From the NCBI GenBank assembly GCA_963718895.1, contig CAVRAG010000007.1, positions 96,001 through 160,000 on the forward strand: DNA of 64,000 nucleotides. Reading direction: 5' to 3'. A program made the position numbers and the translations under genes. A model generated the notes under the pieces. The model was not told the origin of the DNA. It saw nothing but the letters and a program-made list of their open reading frames with translations, and searched no databases. Shown here one piece after another: positions 19,820-29,406 of the stretch (its first letter is position 1; every line of letters begins with the position of its first letter). The DNA is from an uncultured Nitrososphaerota archaeon. GTDB taxonomy: Archaea; Thermoproteota; Nitrososphaeria; Nitrososphaerales; Gagatemarchaeaceae.

Positions 19820-21328
19820 CTACCTCCGGACTACCGGGACGGCCTGCTCCCGCTCCTGGTATCGGTGTATCAAGGTCTTGACCCTCCTGCCGGTTGTGTC
19901 CTCGAGCTCCCGCTCGGCCTGTTCGAGCAGCAGCCCCGGGAAGTCCTTCCTGTGGGTGACGATCTCGATCCTCAACGCTCCGTCCCTGACCCTGATCTGT
20001 GCGGTCGACTTCGTCAGCCGGATGACCTCGGCGAGCTGGATGAAGGCCGCCAGCTTGTCGATGGACTCCCTGGTCTTGTCCCTGAGGAAGGACCTGTAGC
20101 GGTCGTAGAACAGGTTCGCGGTCTTTGGGGCCTTGGCCCTCACGAACGAGAGGGCGAGGGCGATCTGGTCCCTGTTGTCCAGGAAGCTGTCCTCGCTCAG
20201 GATGGCGTAGAAGAGGCTCTCCGCCCTCGTCGCGAGGTAGAGGTCGAGGAACGACCCCATCGCTTCGTCGAGCATCGCCCTCTCCCGCGGGGTGACGATG
20301 CCGGCGGAGGCGAGCCCTCGGCTGAAGGCCCCGGTCCCTGACTGCTCGGATTGCCAGACCGCCAGGGAGTCGTTGGCCCTCGCCTCGTCGAACTCTTCCC
20401 CGGAGTATGCGGCAGGATCCCGAAGGTACTCGGAGAGGACGCCGTCCCTGAGGCCGTGGGTGCTCACTATCACCTCGTCGAACTTCAGCCTGCTCATCAT
20501 CGTCGAGACGACCTGCGAGCCCGCGGTGATGCTCTCCGCACGGTCTCTCCCCAGGGCGTCGATCTCCGCTATCTTCTCGGGGTCCATCTTCCGCAGCCTC
20601 TTGTTCATGACCGCGATCGACTTCCGCCTGATCCGGTAGTTGTGAAGCTTGTTGAGGGGGTACTCTCTCATCCACTGGTCGTACTTGGCCAGCGCCCTTA
20701 TGGTGCCACCCACGCCGAGGAGGACCGTCTCCGCCGTTAGCCCCAACTCCTCCCGCGTCGGGAGCAACTCCGAGATCCTCCTCCTCATCGCATCGTAGTC
20801 CTTCTTGGAGTACCTGCGGCCCTCGCGGCCGTAGAGTTCGCTGAGCCGGAGTGCCCCGACCGGCAGCGAGTGTATCTTTCTTACGCGGAACCCCCTCGCA
20901 TACGTGAGCTCGAGGGACCCGCCGCCGAGGTCAAAGAAGAGGACGTCGGGCAGGCGCGTGGCGCGGGCGGCGCCGACGTACGAGAAGAGCGCCTCTTCGC
21001 TTCCGGAGAGAATCTTGAACCTGAGACCCAGTAGCGACTCGGCCTCCCTCTGGAACGTATCGCCGTTCGCGGCGTCCCTCACGGGCGAGGTCGCGACCGC
21101 CAGCACCCGCTCGACACCGGAGAGGCTGTTCACTTCTTTCAGGAGCGCAAGCTCCCTGAGGGTCCTCCCGATCGCCTCCTGCCCGAGGAAGCCCGTCTGG
21201 TTCAACCCTTCGCCGAGCCGGGTGAGGCTCCCGCGCTGGTCGTAGGCGTGGAACGAGCCGTCGAGCCGGACGTCGTAACTGACCATCTTCAGCGAGTTGT
21301 ACCCCAGGTCAATAACGGAGGCTCGCAT
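19820..21328 (-). CDS. ppx: Ppx/GppA exopolyphosphatase
   Basis: IDLGYNS, ATSPVRDAAN, LSGSEEA, DLGGGSLE, GLRDG. Confidence 0.92.
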   Translation of the reverse strand: MRASVIDLGYNSLKMVSYDVRLDGSFHAYDQRGSLTRLGEGLNQTGFLGQEAIGRTLRELALLKEVNSLSGVERVLAVATSPVRDAANGDTFQREAESLLGLRFKILSGSEEALFSYVGAARATRLPDVLFFDLGGGSLELTYARGFRVRKIHSLPVGALRLSELYGREGRRYSKKDYDAMRRRISELLPTREELGLTAETVLLGVGGTIRALAKYDQWMREYPLNKLHNYRIRRKSIAVMNKRLRKMDPEKIAEIDALGRDRAESITAGSQVVSTMMSRLKFDEVIVSTHGLRDGVLSEYLRDPAAYSGEEFDEARANDSLAVWQSEQSGTGAFSRGLASAGIVTPRERAMLDEAMGSFLDLYLATRAESLFYAILSEDSFLDNRDQIALALSFVRAKAPKTANLFYDRYRSFLRDKTRESIDKLAAFIQLAEVIRLTKSTAQIRVRDGALRIEIVTHRKDFPGLLLEQAERELEDTTGRRVKTLIHRYQEREQAVPVVRR

Positions 21329-21355
21329 GGTCGCTAGCTCTCTCTCCGCACTATA

Positions 21356-21862
21356 TCAGTTGCTTCGCGCCAGTTTCCTCATCTGCCTCGGAGTCATCAG
21401 CCACCTGAGCTCCCCGGAGGGCTTCGGCGTGAACGAGGTCACCACCACCCTGGCGGCACCCGCCTTCTTCAGGACTATCCTTACACCTCTGCTCCCGGCT
21501 ACGAGCTCCCCGATCATCTCGCTCAGGTAGGGCTCGTGACCGACCAGCATGACGGTCGAGTCGCGCTTCAGCCCGGAGAGCCTCCTGTACAGCGCTTGGG
21601 TCTCGCCCTCCGGCTTCAGCTCGTCCCAGACCTCGACAGCGTCCTCCTTCTCTAGGACCTTCGATGCGATCACCGCCGTCTCCTTGGCGCGTCTTCAGCG
21701 GACTCGCCACGACGTGGTCGACGTCCACCCCGAGCCGGCCTGAGACGCCGCGACCTCCTCGACCTCCTTCTTGCCTGATACCGTAAGAGCTCGCTCGAAA
21801 TCCCTGCCTGCGGCCTCAATCCGCTTGCCGGCCTCACCGTGTCTTAGGACTATGAGGTCCAC
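21356..21862 (-). CDS. sixA: SixA phosphohistidine phosphatase (frameshifted)
   Basis: GTG start MDLIVLRHGEA, later LVGHEP and LKKAG; frameshifts near 21690-21750. Confidence 0.85.
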
Positions 21863-21951
21863 TTGGAATCGCCATCGTATTCTGCGTCCACGGAGCCTAG
21901 TCGCCGCTAGGAGAACGTTTCACATATAGAGAATATGGATGATATGGCGGA

Positions 21952-22477
21952 CTACTCCTCGTGCATGCAGTTGGGGCACTCCCACCTGAGGATCGACTCC
22001 CCCGCTGCCGACGACCTTCTTCATCACCCCCGAGTTGCAGGCGGGGCAGAGCAGCTCGTCCTCGGTCCCGCCCTGGTTCTGACGGTGCAACGAGTCCACG
22101 ATTCCCTGCTTGGAGCTCGCTCTCGCTATGTCTGTGATGGTCACCCACCCCACCAGCCTGTCGTGGTCGATGACGCCGAGGCGTGTGACTCCGTTCTCGG
22201 TTATCTTCTTGGCGGCCTCCTTGACCGAGGCGTCGGCGCCGATCTTGAGGAGGGGCGCCATCACCTGCTTGACCTTCACCTCTTCCGGGCGCTTGTTGAG
22301 TTTCATGAACCTGCGGAGTAGGGCCCTGTCGGTGAGCATCCCTATCGGCTTACCTTCCTGGAGGACTATCGTCCCGTTCGCTTTCCTCTCGTTCATCACC
22401 CTCGCGGCCTCGAGGACGCTCGCGCTCGCGTCGACCTGGGGCACGTCCTTCGTCATGACTTCCCGGACCTTTGGCAT
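21952..22477 (-). CDS. CBS-pair protein with C-terminal Zn ribbon (frameshift near 3' end)
   Basis: KVREVMT...GMLTDR...GWVTITD; CPAC then ECPNC in shifted frame. Confidence 0.8.
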
Positions 22478-22682
22478 CTTGTTCGACCGCAATTCGGCGT
22501 CTAGGTAATTCAACCTTTCGTGGGTTCTTGCTCACTCTGACGCGGGGAGATGGGGAGGACCCGCTTCCGCGGCGAGTGCCCGAACCGGACTCGCCGGGCG
22601 CACACAAAATCAAGACCCTTCTCTCGCCTGATCGCACGAGCGACCTCTTCGCGATCCGTCGAAGGGACGGCGCCGACAAACC

Positions 22683-23370
22683 GGTTCTGTTAATTCATCG
22701 GCTCGTGGGCGGGATTTGTCGGAGTGTTAAGTGTCTTCATGCCTTTTTCTCCCCTCTAAACTTCCACGGAACGCCATACTTATCGATGAATTGCCCATAG
22801 GTTCCAAATGGCATGTCACGTAGTTCCACGAAAAGTCCCTTATCCCTATCTGCTCTCTTTACAAGTCTATGAAAAACTACTCTTATCTCGTCATATGTTC
22901 CAGCTATGACAAATATGCCAACAGCGGTACCCTGTTTCGGCTCCCATGTTGGGGATGCCATCCAGTCTGAAGCGGTGATTTCTATGGCGCCGCTCTTCAG
23001 GTGAGCGTTAATGATTCTGTCATGTTTCTCCTTTGGATACTGGTCTTTCATAGGAGTATCACCAAGCTTCGTAAGAGTTAGTTCGCCTCCAAGACATTCT
23101 TGGTAAAAGGTCATTGCTTCAGAACAGTTGCCGTCAAACAAGAGAAATGGCGTAAGATACAACACAGTCTTGGAGACTCCAAGACGACACTTAGGCTTTG
23201 TGGGCGCATCCTCAGCAAGACACCCCGCATCGTCAGCCATGTCAGCCCAGTTGACAGCGCCCTCTCAGTCAGGCTATAGGTTACCAGAACCCTTTCTACG
23301 AAAACTCATCATGCGCCGCGAGTTAACAGAGAGACGACGCAGTAAGATGCGCCGATGAATTGACAGAACC
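22683..23370. mobile_element. Non-autonomous IS6-like cassette (MITE/transporter IS) with passenger gene
   Basis: 20-bp TIRs GGTTCTGTTAATTCATCGGC (22683-22702) and GCCGATGAATTGACAGAACC (23351-23370), 19/20 match; 8-bp direct repeat GACAAACC at 22675-22682 and 23371-23378; no transposase. Confidence 0.88.
22737..23165 (-). CDS. VOC family PhnB-like protein (cassette passenger)
   Basis: TPFLLFDGNCSEAMTFY...MPFGTYGQFIDKYGVPW; visibly AT-richer than flanks; start uncertain. Confidence 0.88.
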   Translation of the reverse strand: MLYLTPFLLFDGNCSEAMTFYQECLGGELTLTKLGDTPMKDQYPKEKHDRIINAHLKSGAIEITASDWMASPTWEPKQGTAVGIFVIAGTYDEIRVVFHRLVKRADRDKGLFVELRDMPFGTYGQFIDKYGVPWKFRGEKKA

Positions 23371-23447
23371 GACAAACCCAAGGTTTATTTACGGGATTCG
23401 GGTAGAGAGTTTCACCGACGGAAACTTAGGTAGGAAGTGAAAAACGG

Positions 23448-23798
23448 ATGAGTTTCGGACAACGTGGCGGGTATAACCGCGGTGGATTCGGCGGAGGTTC
23501 GGGTGGATCCTCGGCAGGAGGTTTCAGATCCTTCAAGCCCAAGCCAGTAGAGGTCGGAAAGGAGTACGACGTTACCATCTCCGACGTCAGCAGGCGCGGC
23601 GACGGCATCGCGAAGATCGACGGTTTCGTCATCTTCGTGGCCGGAGCGAAGCAGGGCCAGACGGTGAGGATCAAGGTCACCCAAGTCTCGAACAGGTACG
23701 CGAGCGGACAGCTCGTGGAGGGTTCGATGGCGGCCGCAGCCCCAGAGGAGGCGTCCTCTGAGGCAGAAGAGTCTACTGAAGAGCCAACAGAGCAGTAG
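23448..23798 (+). CDS. TRAM-domain RNA chaperone with Gly-rich N-terminus
   Basis: PVEVGKEYDVTI..SRRGDGIAKIDGFVIFV. Confidence 0.9.
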   Translation: MSFGQRGGYNRGGFGGGSGGSSAGGFRSFKPKPVEVGKEYDVTISDVSRRGDGIAKIDGFVIFVAGAKQGQTVRIKVTQVSNRYASGQLVEGSMAAAAPEEASSEAEESTEEPTEQ

Positions 23799-23891
23799 GC
23801 GAAGGTCTACTCCTCTGCGAGAGTGTGGTTGTCCCGCCAAAGGGCAACCTCTCCCCTTTTTGAATCACGGTTTTCAAGGGATGATTTCGCG

Positions 23892-24336
23892 ATGATAGAG
23901 ATATTCACTGACGGGCTGGCCGAACCTAGGAACCCGGGAATCGGGACCTACGGGTTCGTGGTCTACCGAGACGGCCGGGAGCTCAAGAGAGGCCACGGCT
24001 TCGACGGAGATCCCGTGAGCAACAACCACTCGGAGTACGCCGGACTGATCGAGGCACTGAAGTCGATCGAGGGTTACTGCCGATGAGCACGTAGTGGTGA
24101 AGTCCGATTCCAAGATGCTGGTCAACCAGATGGCGGGCGCGTGGAAGGTCAGCAAGAAGGCCCTCAACAGCACCGCCGAGGGGACCTACGTCGACAAGTA
24201 CCTCGAGGCGAAGGAGATGGCGAGGAAGTTCCCCAGGCTGTCATTCGAATGGATACCCAGGGAGCTGAACTCCGAGGCGGACGAGCTCTCGCGGGTCGCA
24301 TACCGTGAGCAGCTGGGCAAGAGGCGCGGCAGATGA
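23892..24336 (+). CDS. rnhA: Ribonuclease HI (frameshift near 24080)
   Basis: FTDG...NPG, SNNHSEY, KSDSKMLVNQM, WIPRELNSEADELS. Confidence 0.88.
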
Positions 24337-25253
24337 AGCCGGTTGGAGAGCTCGTCTGCAGGGACCTGACGAAGTCCTACGGCGCGCAGAAGCTCGCGCT
24401 CGACTCCGCGTCCTTCACCATCCCGACGAACGGAATCTTCACGCTGATCGGGAGGAACGGGGCGGGCAAATCGACCCTCACACGCATCCTCGCCACACTT
24501 CTCGAGCCTACCTCGGGGAGCGCCGAGATAGACGGGCTCGACGTGATGGCAGACGCGCGGAGGCTCAGGGAGAGGATAGCGGTCGTCCCGCAGGAGGGGC
24601 GGGCGGTGGCTTGGGTGACGCCCGTGCAGACGATCTCGACCTACCTGATGTGGAGAGGCTACGGCTACGGGGAGTCCAGGAAGAGGGCCGTCGAGGCGCT
24701 GTCGCGCGTCGGGTTGGGGGACTACGGAGACAGACTGAACCGCACGCTCTCGGGCGGGATGAAGAGGAAGGTCCTTCTCTCGATGGTGCTCGCATCCGAG
24801 GCTGACGTCGTATTCTTGGACGAGCCGTCGACGGGCCTGGACCCTATCTCGCGGCGCGAGCTGTGGGACGTGCTCATCGGTCTGGGGAAGGAGAGGTTCG
24901 TCTTCCTCACCACCCACTACCTCGAGGAGGCCGAGCAGGTCTCTGACAGGATAGGGATCCTCGAGGACGGAAGGCTCCTCGCGATTGGAACGCTAGAGGA
25001 GCTCAGGAAGGAGATGAAGTATGCGTTCAGCCTGGTGTTCCCCGGAGACGAGTCGGTCTCCCCGCCGCCTACGGGAGAGAGGTTCGTCAGGAGAGACGGG
25101 AAGATCCAGATCTTCACCACGGAGGACGAAGCGCTGGCGATGGCGAAGGACCTCGCGGAGGCTAGGGCGCGGTTCTCGCTGAACCCGGTGACCCTCGACG
25201 ACGTCTTCAACTTCGTGGTCCTGCGCGAGAAGGAAAGACGCGGGGCGAGGTAG
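24333..25253 (+). CDS. ABC transporter ATP-binding protein
   Basis: GRNGAGKST, LSGGM, FLDEP, TTHY. Confidence 0.93.
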   Translation: MKPVGELVCRDLTKSYGAQKLALDSASFTIPTNGIFTLIGRNGAGKSTLTRILATLLEPTSGSAEIDGLDVMADARRLRERIAVVPQEGRAVAWVTPVQTISTYLMWRGYGYGESRKRAVEALSRVGLGDYGDRLNRTLSGGMKRKVLLSMVLASEADVVFLDEPSTGLDPISRRELWDVLIGLGKERFVFLTTHYLEEAEQVSDRIGILEDGRLLAIGTLEELRKEMKYAFSLVFPGDESVSPPPTGERFVRRDGKIQIFTTEDEALAMAKDLAEARARFSLNPVTLDDVFNFVVLREKERRGAR

Positions 25254-25994
25254 ATGGACAAGACCCTCAACCAGTTCATCGCCTCGATCCTGATCAACGC
25301 CATCTATGAAATGAAGAACTACCCGGTCATCCTCGTAAACACCGTCCTCTCGCCGCTGTCGTTCCTGATCCTGATAACGTTCGCAAGCGGCGGGACGCTC
25401 TTTTCTGACGCGATAATCGGCGGCTTGATCATGACGATGTTCTCGAGCGGGACCTCGCTCCAAGGAGATCTTTCGCACCTGAAGAACGACTACAGGCTCC
25501 AGGACATGATCGTCGCCTCGCCAGCCCGGGCGGGCGCGTACGTCGCGGGGATGACCGTGTCAGAGCTCATCTACTCCTCACCGGCGATCGCGATACTTTC
25601 TGTCCTCTTCTACTTCTACGTCCACGTCACACCACTGCAGCTGGGCTCGATCATCGCAGTCATGCTTCTCATGTTCCTGACGTCGGTCTCGATCGGGTTC
25701 CTCCTGGCGACCATCTCGTCCGACATAGTGCAGAGCTTCGCCTACACGCGCCTGCTCTCAACGCTCTTCACGACCATCCCTCCTGTCTACTACCCGATAA
25801 CATTCATCCCCTTTCCGTGGAGGTATCTTGCCTACTTCTCGCCCACGACCTACGCGTCAGAGATAGCGCAGAACGCGGCCGGCCTCGTCAAACAGACAGC
25901 GTTTGGCATCGACGAGGCCTGGCTGGTCCTCCTCGCGGTCACGGCGACCTTCTTCTTCGTCTCGCTGACGAAGGCCAGGTGGAGGGAGAAGTGA
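25254..25994 (+). CDS. ABC-2 type permease
   Basis: About 6 TMs, PVYYP...P.TY motif, directly follows the ATPase. Confidence 0.85.
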   Translation: MDKTLNQFIASILINAIYEMKNYPVILVNTVLSPLSFLILITFASGGTLFSDAIIGGLIMTMFSSGTSLQGDLSHLKNDYRLQDMIVASPARAGAYVAGMTVSELIYSSPAIAILSVLFYFYVHVTPLQLGSIIAVMLLMFLTSVSIGFLLATISSDIVQSFAYTRLLSTLFTTIPPVYYPITFIPFPWRYLAYFSPTTYASEIAQNAAGLVKQTAFGIDEAWLVLLAVTATFFFVSLTKARWREK

Positions 25995-26009
25995 CCGGGG
26001 TGCGCGGCC

Positions 26010-27323
26010 CTAGATCAGCCACTCTTCTCGCTCGACGTCCCGCGACCTGAACCCGAGTTTCGCCGCCCTGAACCGGGACCCACCATAAAGCTCGGCCTCG
26101 GCAGACTCCCCACCCCTGTAGACCGCGTCCACGATCCTCCCGAGCGAGTCGCCCTTCATTACCCCGCTGCCGCTGTCGCCGCCTACGACGACCAGGCCGC
26201 CCTCGGCGAAGACGTAGGGGAGGTTGTCGATGGTGTTGTACCCGTAGAGCCCAGCCCACATCCTGCTCGGTCTCGCGCCCTCGAACTGCGGGAGGTATTC
26301 CCGCAGGATGGGGTAGACGTTGTGCTCGTAGTACGAGCGCTCGGGGGAGTATCGGTCGAGGTCATGCTCTGGAGCGGTGATGAACTCTCTGTTCACCTCG
26401 TCCTCGCACCCCACCCAGAACTCCCTTCCCTCCTTGACGGCCTTGACCATGAGCCCGGCCTTAGGCAGGATGACGAACGGCAGGACGCCCGAGCTGTTGA
26501 ACCCCTTGGACCAGAGCAGAGACTCCAGGTTCGGCTTGCCCTCGATGGAGACCGTGAAGAGCTGGCGCTTCTTCGCCTTGCAGTGGCCGTCTATCCCGAC
26601 CGGGTCGAGGAGCTCGTTGTTCCAGACGCCGGCGGCGACGACCACGGTCTCAGCGGATATCTCGGTGCCATCTCCGAGGGTCGCCCCGGTCGCGGTCCAG
26701 TCCTGCCAGACGAAGGGCTCCCCCTCGATCCCCGTCGGCTCCTTCGCCGAAATCCGCAGCCGTCTCGCCTCTGCGTTGAACATCACCTCGCCTCCCAGCG
26801 CCCTGAACTGGTCGCGGTAGTAGCCCGCCAGGCTGTCGGGCGCGAGGCGTCCGCACTTCGGGCCGAAGACGCCGCTCGCGACCCCGCCCAGCGACATCAG
26901 CTTCGCGTCGTCAGAGTCGGGCCCCGGCACGAACCCAGGGATCATCCTCTCCAGCTCGCCCCTGTCGAAGAGCCTCAGCTCCACTTTGTTATCGGCCATC
27001 TTCCCGAGGTGGGGCTGGGCAGCGGAGAGCTGGTCCTCCGTCATCATCCAGAGGTAGCCCACCTGGTCGACCCCGATGTCGATGCCGAGGTCGTTCTGGA
27101 CGTGGACATAGTAGTCGATCGAGGGGTTTACGAGGTCTTGGTTGTCGACCGAGCTGAAGGTGTTCCTGAACATCGCGTTGGACCTCCCCGTGTTCGCCTG
27201 ACCGGCGTCGCCGTATCGGTCTATCAGGAGCACCCTCTTCTCCGGGCTGTTCTTTTTGATGTAATAGGCCGAGGAGACCCCCAGGATGCCAGCCCCAATC
27301 ACGAGGACGTCGAACTTCGACAC
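26010..27323 (-). CDS. FAD-dependent oxidoreductase (DAO/sarcosine oxidase-like)
   Basis: VIGAGILG, NTGRS, VAAGVW, WAGLY, SGSG. Confidence 0.88.
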   Translation of the reverse strand: MSKFDVLVIGAGILGVSSAYYIKKNSPEKRVLLIDRYGDAGQANTGRSNAMFRNTFSSVDNQDLVNPSIDYYVHVQNDLGIDIGVDQVGYLWMMTEDQLSAAQPHLGKMADNKVELRLFDRGELERMIPGFVPGPDSDDAKLMSLGGVASGVFGPKCGRLAPDSLAGYYRDQFRALGGEVMFNAEARRLRISAKEPTGIEGEPFVWQDWTATGATLGDGTEISAETVVVAAGVWNNELLDPVGIDGHCKAKKRQLFTVSIEGKPNLESLLWSKGFNSSGVLPFVILPKAGLMVKAVKEGREFWVGCEDEVNREFITAPEHDLDRYSPERSYYEHNVYPILREYLPQFEGARPSRMWAGLYGYNTIDNLPYVFAEGGLVVVGGDSGSGVMKGDSLGRIVDAVYRGGESAEAELYGGSRFRAAKLGFRSRDVEREEWLI

Positions 27324-27358
27324 GATTAGCTTCTGCCGCGCCTCGCGGAGAGGCCTAC

Positions 27359-28237
27359 TTATGAACCGCGGTCCATGATCGGAGGCGGAGAGACGGGGGG
27401 CGCGGCGGGCGACCTCGCGGCGAGGATGTTCGAGGAGTATATCCCGACGAAGATTAGGACCACCCCGCCCAAGGTGATGTAGCTCGGTATCACGCCCGTG
27501 GTGGCGACCGAGTAGATCAGGGTGATGATCGGCGCGAGGAAGATGAGCGTGGTGAGCCTGCCCACCTTCTCGACCTTCACAAGCGCCATCCAGATGTAGA
27601 AGTTCAGCGCCCCGGAGACGAGGCCGAGGAAGGTGACATCGATCGCGAGGTCTGCCGAAGGCCTCAGGGTGAAGTCCGTCACCGAGAACGCGCCGTAGAG
27701 CAGGAAGCTGATGAACGAGGCCGTCGCCAGCGTCTGGACGGTGTTCTGGGTCCTCAGCTTCCGCATCAGCACCGAAAAGAGGGCCCAGAAGAAGGCGTCC
27801 GCGAGAGTGAGGACGACCCCCAGCGTGGTCGAGGTCCCCGAGAGGAGCGGGACGTTGAAGAGCACTATGCCCGCGAACCCTACGACCGAGCCGTAGACCT
27901 CTAGCCCGCGATCCGCGCTCGTTCAGGACCCAGACCGCGAGGGGATCACGAAGAGAGGCATCGAGAACGAGATTATCGCAGACTGCGGGGGAGAGATGTA
28001 GTTCAGCCCGTAGAGCCAGGAGGCTCCGCTCATCCAGTAGATGACGGAGAAGACGAGCGTTCCTCTGTTTAGGACCAGCCCGAATCCCCTGTTGAGCGCG
28101 AAGAAGGCGACGCAGGTGAGGAGTGTCGTCATCGCGCCGAAGACGAAGGGGGAGGCGGAACCTAGAGCGTCCTTGGCGAGGAAGTACTGGAACGCCGTTA
28201 TGAGGATGTAGGGGACGATGAGCCTCGCAGGCGCCAA
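27359..28237 (-). CDS. EamA/DMT transporter (frameshifted near 27920)
   Basis: Two hydrophobic half-ORFs (27923-28450, 27359-27865) with DMT pattern. Confidence 0.75.
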
Positions 28238-28533
28238 GACCCGGCCTTGCGATTCAAACGTAATTGAACCTTGCCGGGCCAGGGGACGACTTTCTGGGTT
28301 CCGAGCGCGGGGAGCGGTCGACCAAGGAGGCGTCCGCGCAGGGCGAACAGGTAGGCCGCGAGGGCGGTGCCGACCAAGGGCGGCCACTGGAGAAAGTTCA
28401 GGGGGGAGGACCGCGATCGCGATCAGGAACCCGAGCGCGCCGGCCGGCACTTCGGAACATGTAGCGGTTTCTGCACGGGGTTCCGTCGGGTGGGGGAATC
28501 ATTAAAGAACGCTCCGGGACGGATGTTCGCAGG

Positions 28534-29319
28534 ATGCCCGGGAGACTCGAAGGGAAAGTAGCACTCATCACCGGAGGTTCGAGGGGGATCGGCAAGGCAA
28601 CGGCGCTGCTTTTCGCCGCCGAGGGGGCCAGCGTCTGCGTCAACTTCAGGGACGGGGCCCAGGAGGCAGCAGGGGTGGTCAGGGAGATCGAGTCGTCGGG
28701 AGGCGAGGCGATCTCTATCAGGGCGGACGTGGCTGAGGAGGCGGAGGTGGTCTCGATGGTCGAGGCCGCCGTCAAGAGGTTCGGCAGGGTCGATATCCTC
28801 GTGAACAACGCCGGGATACTGAGGCAGGGCGACCTGTTCACCCTCAGGGCGGAGGACATCGACGCTATGCTCGGAGTGAACGTCAAGGGTCTCATCTACT
28901 GCACTAGGGAGGTGGGCAGGCACATGCTCGAGCAAAGGTACGGCAAGGTCGTGAACGTGGCAAGCAACGCGGCACTCGGCACGGCATTCAAGGGGACCAC
29001 CGGCTACGCGCTCACGAAGGCGGCGGTGCTCCTCCTGACCAAGAGGTTCGCTCTCGAGTTCTCCGGCGCGGGTATCACCGTGAACTGCGTCTCCCCGGGC
29101 TACACCGAGACCGACATGACGATGAAGGGGAAGACGAAGAAGCAGTTCGAGGACGCCGTCGCGGACGTGTCAGGGAGGGCCATGCTCAAGCGAGTCGCCA
29201 AGCCGGTCGAGATCGCCAGGGCCATACTGTTCCTGGCGAGCGACGAGTCGAGCTTCACGACCGGGACGACGCTTGTGGCCGACGGCGGAAGGATCGACTA
29301 CCTGTCCCACGGCTTCTGA
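28534..29319 (+). CDS. Short-chain dehydrogenase/reductase
   Basis: TGGSRGIG, NNAG, YALTK, PG, ADGG. Confidence 0.93.
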   Translation: MPGRLEGKVALITGGSRGIGKATALLFAAEGASVCVNFRDGAQEAAGVVREIESSGGEAISIRADVAEEAEVVSMVEAAVKRFGRVDILVNNAGILRQGDLFTLRAEDIDAMLGVNVKGLIYCTREVGRHMLEQRYGKVVNVASNAALGTAFKGTTGYALTKAAVLLLTKRFALEFSGAGITVNCVSPGYTETDMTMKGKTKKQFEDAVADVSGRAMLKRVAKPVEIARAILFLASDESSFTTGTTLVADGGRIDYLSHGF

Positions 29320-29406
29320 GGACGCGCCCTCCCCAACCACAGGAGGGGCGAGGCGGCATCATCCCCTGTGTCAGATTCGCCGAGGGCGCACGGGAGACAG
29401 CCTAGG

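Noticed and set aside
22520-22675. Possible tRNA or structured RNA in GC-rich intergenic DNA
   Set aside because: No cloverleaf or TTCRAAT T-loop recognisable
24084-24086. Selenocysteine or readthrough TGA in rnhA
   Set aside because: Downstream homology continues in a different frame, so this is an indel and not an in-frame stop
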